A DNA stretch of 64,000 bases, from IMG/VR virus record IMGVR_UViG_3300037322_000296, positions 3,085 through 67,084 of that record, one strand, 5' to 3'. Positions 10,453 to 21,400 of the stretch are shown here, one piece after another (the stretch's first letter is position 1; each line of letters starts with the position of its first letter). The stretch is from a virus. Under the pieces are notes generated by a model, which was not told the origin of the DNA, made no database searches, and was given only the letters and a program-made list of their open reading frames with translations. The translations under genes were made by a program, and so were the position numbers.

Positions 10453-11319
10453 ATGGCAACAACTATTCCTTCCGAGTATTATGAGAATGAAGAAAATCAA
10501 GGTTCGTATCAGTTCGTTTCATTAGAAAACATCGTAAATAACTTTACTCAAAACTATTTAGGAGATGATACTTTACTTGGCTACATACCTCGTTCAAAAG
10601 TCATTTATCAAGCAAAACAAGGAATTAGAGAGTTTACTTTTGGTGCTTTAAAAAATGCTAAGGTGGTGGAGTTAGAATTAGGAGATAATTTAGATATTAT
10701 CAAACCTTTTGACTACGTTGATTATATTAGAATTTCTTGGGTAAATAAAGAAACAGGTAAGATACACCCAATGTCTGTAAATAGAAATACGCCATTAGGG
10801 ATAGCTCATTTACAAGATAATGAAGCGGAAATACTATTTGATAACGATGGAGATGTTTTAATCGGAACAACAGCCATTGAAGCGGTAAACGATTCTTTAG
10901 CAGACGAGTATCAAGTATCTAGCAATTATAATAACAATCCTAATATTTGCAACTATGGAGTTAACAATAATTGGGCGGTAGATACTTCTTTAAATCATAA
11001 TGGAACTTTTAATATTAATGAAAAAAGAATCCATTTTAGTTCAGAAAATGCAGATAGAATTATTTTGCTAGAATATGTTTCTGACGGAAATGAAGTGTTG
11101 GAAGCAGATATGAAAGTTCATAAATTTGCAGAAGAAGCTTTGTACTCTTACATACACGATAGGCTAGTTAAGGTTTCTATTAGAATCCCTGATTACGAAA
11201 AAAGAAACGTAAAGAAAACTTACGATACGCTTTACAGAAATGCTAGAGTTAGATTATTAGGTATTAAACCTCAAGAATTCATACAGTCTTGGAAACAAGG
11301 TAAAAAATGGATAAGATAA
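10453..11319 (+). CDS. head-tail connector / tail ring protein (putative)
   Basis: 288 aa, just upstream of the large tail stabilisation gene. Confidence 0.6.
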   Translation: MATTIPSEYYENEENQGSYQFVSLENIVNNFTQNYLGDDTLLGYIPRSKVIYQAKQGIREFTFGALKNAKVVELELGDNLDIIKPFDYVDYIRISWVNKETGKIHPMSVNRNTPLGIAHLQDNEAEILFDNDGDVLIGTTAIEAVNDSLADEYQVSSNYNNNPNICNYGVNNNWAVDTSLNHNGTFNINEKRIHFSSENADRIILLEYVSDGNEVLEADMKVHKFAEEALYSYIHDRLVKVSIRIPDYEKRNVKKTYDTLYRNARVRLLGIKPQEFIQSWKQGKKWIR

Positions 11320-11320
11320 T

Positions 11321-14300
11321 ATGAAAATACAAAACACTTTTATTTCAGGTAAAATACAAAAAGACCTTGACGGAAGATTCGTACAAACCAATGAATTAAT
11401 AGACGCTGAAAATGCTATTGTAATTACTTCAGAAGATTCTAATTCGGGAGTGTTGAAGAATGTTACAGGAAACATAAAAAAGACATCTCTTAATGCTTCT
11501 AATGGTAAAACAATCGGACATGGGGTTTTGGCTTCTAAAAATAAAATATACAATTTTGTATCAGGAAGTGTCTACGATTATATTGTAGAGATTGATTCTA
11601 CCACTTGGAATTCTGTAATTGTTTGCCAATCTTCTGTTGGGCAGTTACTTAATTTCAATCCAAACAAAAGAATGACCGATGTTGAAATAGTTATCGATCC
11701 CGAAGGAGATGGAGATTTACTTTTCTTTTGCGGAAATGGATATAGATTAGGTTGTTTAAATATTAAAATAGCTAAAACTTGGGCGATTAACGGATTTTCA
11801 GTAGATGAAATTTCTTTGATGAAACCAAGTCCAATATTTGCTCCTAACATAAATTTAACCACAAGCGTTGACGGAGTGGAGAATAATTTTATAGAAGACA
11901 AATTTCTTTGCTTTGCTTACAGATATAAATATGTGGGTGGTTTTTATTCTGCACCAGGCTCTTGGAGTAAAGTTGCTTTTCAGCCAAGAGATTTCATACT
12001 TGATTTTCAGTCAAACGTAAATAATGGAATGTTAAATATTTCTAATGCAGTAGACATTTCATTTAATGTTGGACCAAGAGATGTTATATCGGTTGATTTA
12101 TTATTCAGAGAAAGCGATACACAAACTATTTATGTAATAGAGCAATTTGTAAAACAAGAAAAAGGTTGGGCAGATAGTTCAATTCAAGAATACCAATTCA
12201 GTAAAAGTAAAATATATTCTGTTTTAGGTGAAGACCAATTCCTAAGAAACTTTGACAACGTTCCTCTTGAAGCAAATTCTATGGCTTTAATTGGTAATAG
12301 GGTTGCTTACGGAAACTTCTTAGAAGGTCAAAACATATTAGAGCAAACAGATTTTGAAGTTTCTTTAGTTACTGATAATTCCATTTCTGATAGTAAAGAT
12401 GCTAATATAAGTAATTTTGTAGATGTAATAAGTCGTTCAAATAATACAGATTTTGTAGAGGGTATTCCTGGTGGTGGTTCAAATACCGTAGACCAAATGA
12501 ATTACACAAACAACGAAATAACCATAGCATCAGCACCTTCAGGAAGTGATTTTTATGATTTTAACATAGAGATTACTCCAAAAGCAGGATATTCTACAAC
12601 TCCTTATAACATATTTGTAAAAGACGGAAACACCGTTTTGGAATCTTGGTTGTTACAGACAGGAACGCAAGTAAAGTCATTCGGTAGTGGCGTAGGTGTA
12701 AATATAAAGATATTTGTAACTTCCACAGACGGATTACTATACGCTTCTAAATTAACTTACGACATTGGAAATTTAGGAACTTTAGCTTCAAGATACAGAT
12801 ACTACGGATATAATCAATTAGCATATCCCAATTCTACAGCATATCCTTCTACATTAGAGGGAAATACCGTAATAAATACAATAGCGGAATTTGACCTAAC
12901 AGGAATACAATTTACTTCAGGAAGACAACTTAGGATAAACTTTGAGTTAAAATCTTCTCTTGTAAGTGATTTTTTACCATCTGTTACTTTCTTTTATAAT
13001 TTAACTAAAAACCATACTGACTTAGCAGATTTTATAGCAAATTCATCGTTCAAACAACAATTAGAAGATATATTTTCTTTAAGCTTTAAAAATTCAGAAA
13101 TAAGTAATGCAGGAACAATTGTAAGCTATACTGATTTTGAATTAACCGTAGTTGGCAATTCTATTTTTATAAAAACTCCTTCGGTAGTTTATAATGTAAC
13201 CGAGCCTTCAAATGCGGTAGAAAACAAAACGGAATTTTATTTAATTACAGAATCTTTACTTTTCTTCACAACTCTTAACGGATTTGCTTCAAGACATTCT
13301 AATCGAGATAATGAAGTTGGAATGATATATATGGATGGGAAAGGAAGAAAATCAACCGTATTAGTTTGTGGTGCAAATTCAATTCATATTCCCATTGACA
13401 GTAGCGACTTGATAACTTCTTTAAGTGTTAAGGTAAATAATCCTCCTCCAACTTGGGCAAAGTACTATAAGTTTGCTATAAAACAAACAAAGAGAGATTA
13501 CGACATAATTTACGGAAACGTTGTTTATACAGATGGTATTTTTCGTTGGATAAAACTTATTGGCGGAGATAAAGGAAAGGTCTTAGAAGGAAATTTATTA
13601 ACGGTAAAAAGAGATTATGCAGGTGCTTTAGAAAGCTTACAAAAAGTAAAAGTTTTAGAAGTTGTTGAAAAACAAGCAAACTTTATATCAGATAATTTTA
13701 TTTCTGCAAATAATGAATTAAAAGAAGAAGCCGGACTTTACTTTAAAATTAAACAGGGTGCTTTTGATATAAATATAACTACGGCAGATTTCCTTACATT
13801 TAAAGGTACTGCAAAAAGAAGATATGCATCTGAATCTTTTACTTTAACAAATCCTATTTTTGGAGAAGAAAATCTAGGTGTTTATACCCCATACGATGTA
13901 AAAGGCGGTTCTAGGGTTAGATTCTTTTTGCAGTTCAAGGCTTTTGGAGCAATCTCATTTACAAATACTTTTGAAAAAAACTTAATAGCACAAGAAGATT
14001 ATTTAAGCGTTCAAGATTGGTTTAATGCCGAAATAGCAATATTAGGAGATTGGATTCAATATGCTTCTGAAAACCTAACTTCTTTTGGCTTTACTGCCGA
14101 CGGAAAACAATTTCAAGTAAAAGTAAATAGAGATGGTACTCAGGTTAGAGATATTTTAACAGACATTGAATTTGATATAAACTTTTCAGGCGGAACACTT
14201 GTTTTTGAAACCGAACCTATTGAGCAGTTAACGTCTTCTTTCTTTGAAACTCCTGAAACTTTTACAATAACAAATGGAAATCACGAATTTGTAAATCACG

Positions 14301-15679
14301 TATTGAACGATGCGTTTAATTGTTTTTCTTTTGGTAACGGTGTGGAGAGTTATAAAATTAGAGATTCTATTACAGGTAAATCATTTTCGGTAGATTCTAA
14401 TCCTAACGGAGTAAACAAAGAGGGCTATCGTCAAATTAGAAGATTTGCTGATATTACTTATTCCGAAGTTTACAATTTTGGAACGAATATAAACAGACTA
14501 AACGAATTTAATTTGTCTTTGGCTAATTACAAAGATGATATAGAGAAAGCGTATGGTCCAATTTATAAAATGCGAGGCAAAGACACAAATTTAGAAGTTT
14601 GCCAAGAAGATAGAGATTCAATTGTATTTTATGGTAAAGATATTTTATACAACGCAGATGGAAGTACAAATTTATCTCGAATAAAAGAAGTTTTAGGTCA
14701 ACAAAAAGTATATTCGGGAGAATATGGTATTTCAACACATCCTGACAGTTACGATTTCTACGAAAACACATCTTTTCATACAGACCTAAAGCGTGGAGTA
14801 GTTGTTAAATTAGGCGGAAACGGAATGTTTGAAATTTCATCTTTGGGAATGAGAACATACTTTAAAAAATTATTTAGAGATAATACAATCACTCAAATAA
14901 TAGGGCGTTACGACCAATTTTATGATTACTACTTATTAAATATAAAGTATATTGACTGCGATAATGATCCTCAATATGTTACTTGGGCGTTTTCAGATAA
15001 AATAAATGGTTGGTTAACTAGACTTACTTTTAATCCAGAAGATATGTGTAGAATTAATTCTCAATTCGTATCGTTTAAAAAAGGAGAGGTTTGGTTACAT
15101 AATAGCGATGCGATTTATAACACTTTCTACGGAAAAGAAACGCAAAGTAGCTTTAAATTTAATTACAGCCAAGAGCCAAGTACAAGAAAAATATACAAAG
15201 CTTTGTCTATTGAAGGAACAATCCCTTTACAAACCGATTGTTTTACCGACTTAGAAAAAGGATATGTAAACCGTTCTGATTTCGATAAGAAAGAAAACGT
15301 TTATTATGGATATATAAGAGGTAAGAACGGAGAATTAAACACAAGTCAACTTAGTTATCAAGGAGTTGGAAATTGTTCTTTAAACGGCTTTGTTTTATCT
15401 TTTGATTTTGAACTAGACAGTATCATATCTGTTGGAGATATTGTATTAAACTCTAGTCTGCAAACAATTGGAACTATTTTACTTAAAAGTCCAAACAGCC
15501 TTACATTAGATACCGTAGTTAATATCTCAAATGGAGATTTCGTGTTAGTTTCTAAGCCTGAAAGTATTCAAAAGCAAGGTGTTTTAGGTTATCACTTAGA
15601 AGTAGATTGCTCTTTTTCAAGCAATTCAAAAGAAGAAATTTATAGTATTGGTGCTGAAATTGTAAAGTCGTATATGTAA
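11321..15679 (+). CDS. tail stabilisation / tubular protein B-like (nozzle)
   Basis: 1452 aa beta-rich; N-term FISGKIQKDLD...AENA, FAYRYKY; position equivalent to P22 gp10 / T7 gp12. Confidence 0.75.
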   Translation: MKIQNTFISGKIQKDLDGRFVQTNELIDAENAIVITSEDSNSGVLKNVTGNIKKTSLNASNGKTIGHGVLASKNKIYNFVSGSVYDYIVEIDSTTWNSVIVCQSSVGQLLNFNPNKRMTDVEIVIDPEGDGDLLFFCGNGYRLGCLNIKIAKTWAINGFSVDEISLMKPSPIFAPNINLTTSVDGVENNFIEDKFLCFAYRYKYVGGFYSAPGSWSKVAFQPRDFILDFQSNVNNGMLNISNAVDISFNVGPRDVISVDLLFRESDTQTIYVIEQFVKQEKGWADSSIQEYQFSKSKIYSVLGEDQFLRNFDNVPLEANSMALIGNRVAYGNFLEGQNILEQTDFEVSLVTDNSISDSKDANISNFVDVISRSNNTDFVEGIPGGGSNTVDQMNYTNNEITIASAPSGSDFYDFNIEITPKAGYSTTPYNIFVKDGNTVLESWLLQTGTQVKSFGSGVGVNIKIFVTSTDGLLYASKLTYDIGNLGTLASRYRYYGYNQLAYPNSTAYPSTLEGNTVINTIAEFDLTGIQFTSGRQLRINFELKSSLVSDFLPSVTFFYNLTKNHTDLADFIANSSFKQQLEDIFSLSFKNSEISNAGTIVSYTDFELTVVGNSIFIKTPSVVYNVTEPSNAVENKTEFYLITESLLFFTTLNGFASRHSNRDNEVGMIYMDGKGRKSTVLVCGANSIHIPIDSSDLITSLSVKVNNPPPTWAKYYKFAIKQTKRDYDIIYGNVVYTDGIFRWIKLIGGDKGKVLEGNLLTVKRDYAGALESLQKVKVLEVVEKQANFISDNFISANNELKEEAGLYFKIKQGAFDINITTADFLTFKGTAKRRYASESFTLTNPIFGEENLGVYTPYDVKGGSRVRFFLQFKAFGAISFTNTFEKNLIAQEDYLSVQDWFNAEIAILGDWIQYASENLTSFGFTADGKQFQVKVNRDGTQVRDILTDIEFDINFSGGTLVFETEPIEQLTSSFFETPETFTITNGNHEFVNHVLNDAFNCFSFGNGVESYKIRDSITGKSFSVDSNPNGVNKEGYRQIRRFADITYSEVYNFGTNINRLNEFNLSLANYKDDIEKAYGPIYKMRGKDTNLEVCQEDRDSIVFYGKDILYNADGSTNLSRIKEVLGQQKVYSGEYGISTHPDSYDFYENTSFHTDLKRGVVVKLGGNGMFEISSLGMRTYFKKLFRDNTITQIIGRYDQFYDYYLLNIKYIDCDNDPQYVTWAFSDKINGWLTRLTFNPEDMCRINSQFVSFKKGEVWLHNSDAIYNTFYGKETQSSFKFNYSQEPSTRKIYKALSIEGTIPLQTDCFTDLEKGYVNRSDFDKKENVYYGYIRGKNGELNTSQLSYQGVGNCSLNGFVLSFDFELDSIISVGDIVLNSSLQTIGTILLKSPNSLTLDTVVNISNGDFVLVSKPESIQKQGVLGYHLEVDCSFSSNSKEEIYSIGAEIVKSYM

Positions 15680-15685
15680 AATTTG

Positions 15686-15693
15686 TATATTTG
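15686..15693 (+). promoter_or_regulatory. -7 promoter element (TATATTTG)
   Basis: TAnnTTTG in short intergenic gap before ejection-protein operon. Confidence 0.55.
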
Positions 15694-15712
15694 TTGAAGT
15701 CAAATCAATTAT

Positions 15713-16111
15713 ATGAAATTTCAGGTAAAGCAAGTAAAAAAAGAAGAAATATATACAGATTACGCAAGAATGTGCAGTCTACATCACTTTACTTCTTGGA
15801 ATATTGATTTACTGCCCGAATACGCTTTTGTTTGCTACGCTGATGAAATACCAATATACCTAGTGTGGTTTTGGTTTACAAACTCTAAAATGGCAATTGT
15901 TACATTCATACTCTCTAATAAAGGAGTTAATTATAAAAAAAGAATTGGTGGTATGCAGTTTTTAATTACGGAAGTGATAAATTACGCTAAAAAGAAAAAA
16001 CAGAAAATGATATATTTTCCAACTTCAAATCAAGAGGTTGCCAATAAACTAATAAAATTAGAATTTTTTGAAGGAGATCCTGGATTCGGACAATACTTCT
16101 ATAAACTTTAA
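15713..16111 (+). CDS. GNAT-like protein (T7 gp13-like position)
   Basis: 132 aa, LITEVINYAKKK...LIKLEF acetyltransferase-like pattern, between nozzle and ejection proteins. Confidence 0.5.
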   Translation: MKFQVKQVKKEEIYTDYARMCSLHHFTSWNIDLLPEYAFVCYADEIPIYLVWFWFTNSKMAIVTFILSNKGVNYKKRIGGMQFLITEVINYAKKKKQKMIYFPTSNQEVANKLIKLEFFEGDPGFGQYFYKL

Positions 16112-16121
16112 AACACAAAAA

Positions 16122-16844
16122 ATGGGAGCAGGAGCAGCGGCAGCAGGAGCGCAATCAGCGGTTGGAATGGGAATGGGAATTTACCAAACTATAAAAGGCG
16201 CAAAAGAAAAAAGAGATGCACAAACAGCCTTAGAGAATATTGATCGTCAAGATTTAACTAATTCTTTTGATAGTACCGCAATTTCTACTTTAGGTGCAGA
16301 CAGAGCGCAAACCGAACAAGCTAGACTTGCTTCAGGTCAAATTTCTGCATTACAAGATTCAGGCACGCGTGGATTAATAGGCGGACTTGGTAGAGTTGAA
16401 GTTGGAAACCAAAATGTAAACCAACAAATTGCAGTAAATTTAGACGAGCAACAAAAATCTATTGACTTTGCTAGAGCAAACGATCAAACCAGAATTCAAG
16501 GTATGCAAGAAAATCGTGAAAACGCAGATATAGCAGCGTTGTCTTCTCAATATATGGCAGGAAAACAAGACGAAAACACAGGACTTTCAAATGCTGTATT
16601 AGGAGCAGGAATGTTAGGAAATCAATTAAGTGGACAGACAGGCGGAGTTGGGTTACAAAATGAACAACAACAAGCAGTTACTATGAATGCTGTGGGAGTA
16701 AATCCAACACTTGCAAGACCTCAACCTCAGTTTATAAACATAAGGGGTAACGGTACGTTTAAACAACCAGGTATTCCTCAATCACAGTACGGAAGAATTA
16801 TTACAGGATATAATATGAGTGGTGAACCAATTTATAATCAATAA
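16122..16844 (+). CDS. internal virion / ejection protein
   Basis: Probable ATG at 16122 (MGAGAAAAG...), G/A/Q-rich like T7 gp14 / P22 gp7. Confidence 0.7.
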   Translation: MGAGAAAAGAQSAVGMGMGIYQTIKGAKEKRDAQTALENIDRQDLTNSFDSTAISTLGADRAQTEQARLASGQISALQDSGTRGLIGGLGRVEVGNQNVNQQIAVNLDEQQKSIDFARANDQTRIQGMQENRENADIAALSSQYMAGKQDENTGLSNAVLGAGMLGNQLSGQTGGVGLQNEQQQAVTMNAVGVNPTLARPQPQFINIRGNGTFKQPGIPQSQYGRIITGYNMSGEPIYNQ

Positions 16845-16847
16845 GAT

Positions 16848-18413
16848 ATGGCAATAGGTAGAGTTGGATCGTTTGCTACAGACAGACCTGTTCAAGATGG
16901 TATTGGAGATGCTTTAAAGTATAACGAACAAATGGGTTTCAACTATCGTGCTGAAGCTGAAAAAAAGAAAGAGAAAGAGGATGCTATAAAGGCTGCTAAG
17001 GAAAAAGATTTAGAGTTACCTAAAATGGAAACTGTTTATACTCCTTACGCATCTGATAACGCTATGAGATTAGGTTTTGGTACTAAATCGAAAAACACTA
17101 TTATTGAAGCAGGGAACAAAGTAAGGTTAGGCAAAATGACTGCGCAAGAGTTTAGCTTGATAAAGGCTAACGTAATGGAAGGTTTAAGTCTTTTTAATCA
17201 AGGAGCTAAAAACATAAACGAAGCGGCTGCTGCTAACGGAGTATTAATAAAAGAAGGGAAATTAGCTGATGGTGGAATAAAAGAAGCTATGAATTTAGGA
17301 TATGCCTATGAAAATAGAAACGTAGATTTTCAATTTAACCCTGACGGTACTTCAAATGTAGTAACTTACGATGAAGACGGAACAACAGTACTTGCTAAAG
17401 AAGGATTGGAAAAAGTAGGTTATAAATTATATAATCCTGTTTATAAAGTTGATTTTAACGATGAGTTGTTACAATTTCAAAAAACACACTCTATGGATTC
17501 TACGGAGTGGATTTCAAGAAACCAAAAAACAGGTTTAGAAGAAATGACACCAAGATTAAAAACGAGTATTTCTAATTATGCAGATGCTAAATTACAAGAT
17601 AAAACTGCTTTAACTAATGCTTATTATTCTGCTACGGGAAAATTCAAAAGAGATATAACTGACGAAAAAGAAATTGCTGCTGCAAAAGAATACGTTGTAG
17701 GAACTTTTGAAAAATCTTATAACAGAAAGAAAACTGCTGCCGAAGCTTTTCAAGGAGCTAACTTTGGATTAGCTAAAAAAGCTGCTGAAAAAGACGAAGT
17801 AAAAGGTAAAGAATTTGTTTCTCAAACTGATTTAATAACTGATTTACCAAAAGGATTCGTGGTAGAAAAAGAGAAGTATTATCCAAATTCAATCGGATTT
17901 GCAGAGAATACATTAAAATTTAATAATTTAGGAGGCAAAAAGTCAGGTATAAATAATGGATATGTAAACTCTTTTCACTTAGAAAAAGACGGACACGTTA
18001 TAGCTCAAGTTAAATATTTAATAGATAAAGGACAAAAATTCACGTTACCTAGCGGGAAAGAAGTTAGTTATAACGTTGGTATGGCAATGTATGGCGACGA
18101 AACTACGCCTCAAGCTACAAAAGACGCATTAGCTCCTCAATTAAATAGTTTTACAACTTCCGCTACTTATGGAGAAACGAATGTTATTTATAACGGAAAC
18201 GATCCTGAATTAAACTCATTGGCAGTAAAAGCTAATTATACAAATAAAGATCAATTGATTAAAAAGTTAAAAAGAGATAATCAAAAAGAAATTTTATCTG
18301 ATAGAAAACGCAAAACAGAAAAATCAAAAGATACCAAAAACGAAAGACCAAAAACTGTAACTCAAAAAGGAGTTACCTACACTTGGAATGAAAGCAACCA
18401 ATCTTACGAATAA
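16848..18413 (+). CDS. internal virion / ejection protein
   Basis: 521 aa between small and giant ejection genes. Confidence 0.65.
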   Translation: MAIGRVGSFATDRPVQDGIGDALKYNEQMGFNYRAEAEKKKEKEDAIKAAKEKDLELPKMETVYTPYASDNAMRLGFGTKSKNTIIEAGNKVRLGKMTAQEFSLIKANVMEGLSLFNQGAKNINEAAAANGVLIKEGKLADGGIKEAMNLGYAYENRNVDFQFNPDGTSNVVTYDEDGTTVLAKEGLEKVGYKLYNPVYKVDFNDELLQFQKTHSMDSTEWISRNQKTGLEEMTPRLKTSISNYADAKLQDKTALTNAYYSATGKFKRDITDEKEIAAAKEYVVGTFEKSYNRKKTAAEAFQGANFGLAKKAAEKDEVKGKEFVSQTDLITDLPKGFVVEKEKYYPNSIGFAENTLKFNNLGGKKSGINNGYVNSFHLEKDGHVIAQVKYLIDKGQKFTLPSGKEVSYNVGMAMYGDETTPQATKDALAPQLNSFTTSATYGETNVIYNGNDPELNSLAVKANYTNKDQLIKKLKRDNQKEILSDRKRKTEKSKDTKNERPKTVTQKGVTYTWNESNQSYE

Positions 18414-18421
18414 AAAAAAGT

Positions 18422-21400
18422 ATGTTACAACCTAAACCAAAATTCGATCCTAATCAACCATACAAGGTTGTTAAAGAAAATAAATCTGAAACTACAGGAA
18501 AACCAGCGTTCGATCCAAACGAACCATTTGATGTTGTAAAAAAAAAAGAAGATACTACATCAACTTCTACAATTCAGAAGGAAAATTTGGCTTTGGAACA
18601 GAAAAGTGGTTCTTCGGATTTGCCAAAAATGAAGTCTTTTGATGGATTAAGTAAAAAAGATATTGCTTCTTTAAAGTCTAATCCTAATGCACCAAAATTA
18701 AATATTCCAAAACCTATTGAACGTACTTTGACAGGAACAAATGCGTATTTAAAAAAATTATCAAATAATAAACCTAAAATATTAGAAAACTACACCAAAC
18801 TTACAAATTCAGAAGTAGTAGACCAAGCATATATTGACCAAGAAAGACAAGACATAGAAGCTGATTTTAACGATACAGGGTTTTTAAATACCGTTACGAC
18901 AGGACTAAAAAACGTAGCCAACGCTATTATTGCACCAACACAAGCCGCATTAACTTTTGGAACATCTGATCCAGAGCCATTTTTTCAAACAGATCCTTTT
19001 TCTAAAGAAAAGTTAACCGTTGAAAAAAGAATTACATTAGAGATTTCAGAAGCTAAAAAACTAAACCTTCCAAAACCTATTTATAATCAAGAAGCCATTA
19101 ATAAAATGGTTAAAGAAGAAAAGTTATCTAACAATATAGCTTTAAAAAAAGAAAGTCAAGTTCGTAGTTTTATTGAAGATTTAGATGAATCAGATAAAGA
19201 CGATTTAAGCAACTATAAACTAATAGATGCTCTATCTTTAGATTTAAAAGAAAAAGACAACCTAAAGAAGCAAGGCGTTATATCAGAAACAATTTCTGTA
19301 ACACAAGAGGAAATATTAGGATTAGTATCTAAGTCTAAGAAAGGTAATTTAACCGAAGACGAAAAAGTTAATTTACAAAATTATTCTGCTAGTGTAAAAC
19401 AAAACCAAACCGAACTATTAAAACTAAAAGAAGATTTTTATAGCAATGATAAAAAATTAGGTACTGCTAAAGAAAATTTAGATTTATTGAAAAGAGATTA
19501 CACGTTTTCTCGACACTTTAAAAACCTAGAGGCTTCTGTTGTAGATTTATTTTCAAACACATCAGGCGTTTTAGATTATGGATTTAAAGCAGGACAAAAT
19601 GTGGTTGATAATTTTGATATGCCTATACTTTCGGGTGCTATGAAACTAGGTCAACGGGTTTTTGGAGAATCTTCTATTGAATTGAAAAAAGATTCAGAAA
19701 ATTTAAGGTCAAAAACTGCAAAACCTATTTCTGTAGATGGTATAAAAAGTTTAGACGATCTTGGTAGTTGGGCGGGAGATAATTTTACTTCGCAAGCGAC
19801 TGTTTTTGCATTAATTGCTACAGGATTACCAGGCGTTGCTACATTAGGTGCAACTTCTACAGGTCAAAAATACCAAGAGATGAAGGCTGAAATGGAAGCA
19901 GGAACTGAAATTTATGACGATTCACAATTATTATCAATTCCTGCAATTTTTGGAGCATCTGAAATAGCTAGTGCAACCGTTGATTTGTATTTATTCAAGC
20001 AAGCTCAAAGAACTTATCGGGCAGCAACAAGCGGAGAAAGAAGTATGATTGCTGACGGATTTGGAAAAAAACTATTTAACTTAGTAAAAGCTCCTGCAAT
20101 TGAAGTTCCTGACGAAATAAGCACACAATTTGTTCAAAACGCTGCTGATATTTACTTAGGCGGAAAGACAGATAAAGACCTTACCGATGGGTTTAAAGAT
20201 GCGGGTGCAGCAGCAGTACTTTTTGGATTAGTAATTGGTACAGCTCCTGCAATAATATCAAAAGCAACTAACAAATATAGTACAGATACAAAACTTCAAA
20301 AGGTTAATGCAGAAATGATTGGTTTACAAGCCGAACTAGACAAATTTGACATAAGTGATGCTAATAGAAAAACCATTACAGACCAACTAAACGTTGCAAA
20401 AGAAAAATCAACTTCTTTACTAAAAAAGAGAGTTAAGGATATGTCAACTTTATCCAACGAGCAATTTTTAGAGATAAATAAGATTGAAAAAACACAAGCA
20501 AATATTCGAGATAAAGCAAAATCTATAAAAGAAGATACTTCGTTAAATAACGACACTAAAAAACAGATTTTAGGCAATTTAAAAGAAGAATTTAACGCTA
20601 CAGAACAAAGACGTGTAGATTTATTAAATCGTGGCGCAAATGTACAGTTAGAAAGAATAGACGAGAAAGATAGAACTCGTTTAAAAGAAAAAGCGTTAAA
20701 AGAATTAACTAAAGAGCAAAACCCTGATGGCACAAAAGAAATCACTATTAAAGATGATGAAATTTCTAAACGTGCAGTTCAAATTTACAATCAGGAAGTT
20801 CAAGTAAAAAACGCAAAAATAAAAGAGGCGATTTTAAAAGAAGAAGCTTTAAAGAAAGAAGAATCAGAAAAAATAGTTCCTGTACAAGATGTAGTTATTC
20901 AGCCTATTGAATTAAGTGTTGAATCAAATACTATTGAAGATATAAATGAAAAAGGAATTGAATTTGGTTTAGACAAGCCTTTAAGAAGAGAGTTTGAAGA
21001 AGGAGAAGATGGAGATAAAAAATATGCGGAGGCTAATATACAACACAATAAAAATGTAGATGAAGCAATATCGGGTTTGACTCAAAATGGGATATTGATT
21101 GCCGAAGGTGCAGAATATGAAGTTGAAGTTACTTCACAAGGAGTTACCGTAAGACCAAAAGGACAAGATTACAAGAATTATTATAAAGGCAAACGTGTTT
21201 CAGCAGATACGCCATTTACGAAAGGATTTAAGTTTATACCAAACGAAGTAAAACCACAAATAAATACTCCTGCTCAACAAGTAGAAGGTCTTAGAGCAGA
21301 CGAACAAGCAGAACTTCGAGAAGCGATACCTAACGCAGAACAATTTGTTACAGATGGTAAAATTGATGAAACTAAGTTAGAAAATACCGAAGATAAAGCA

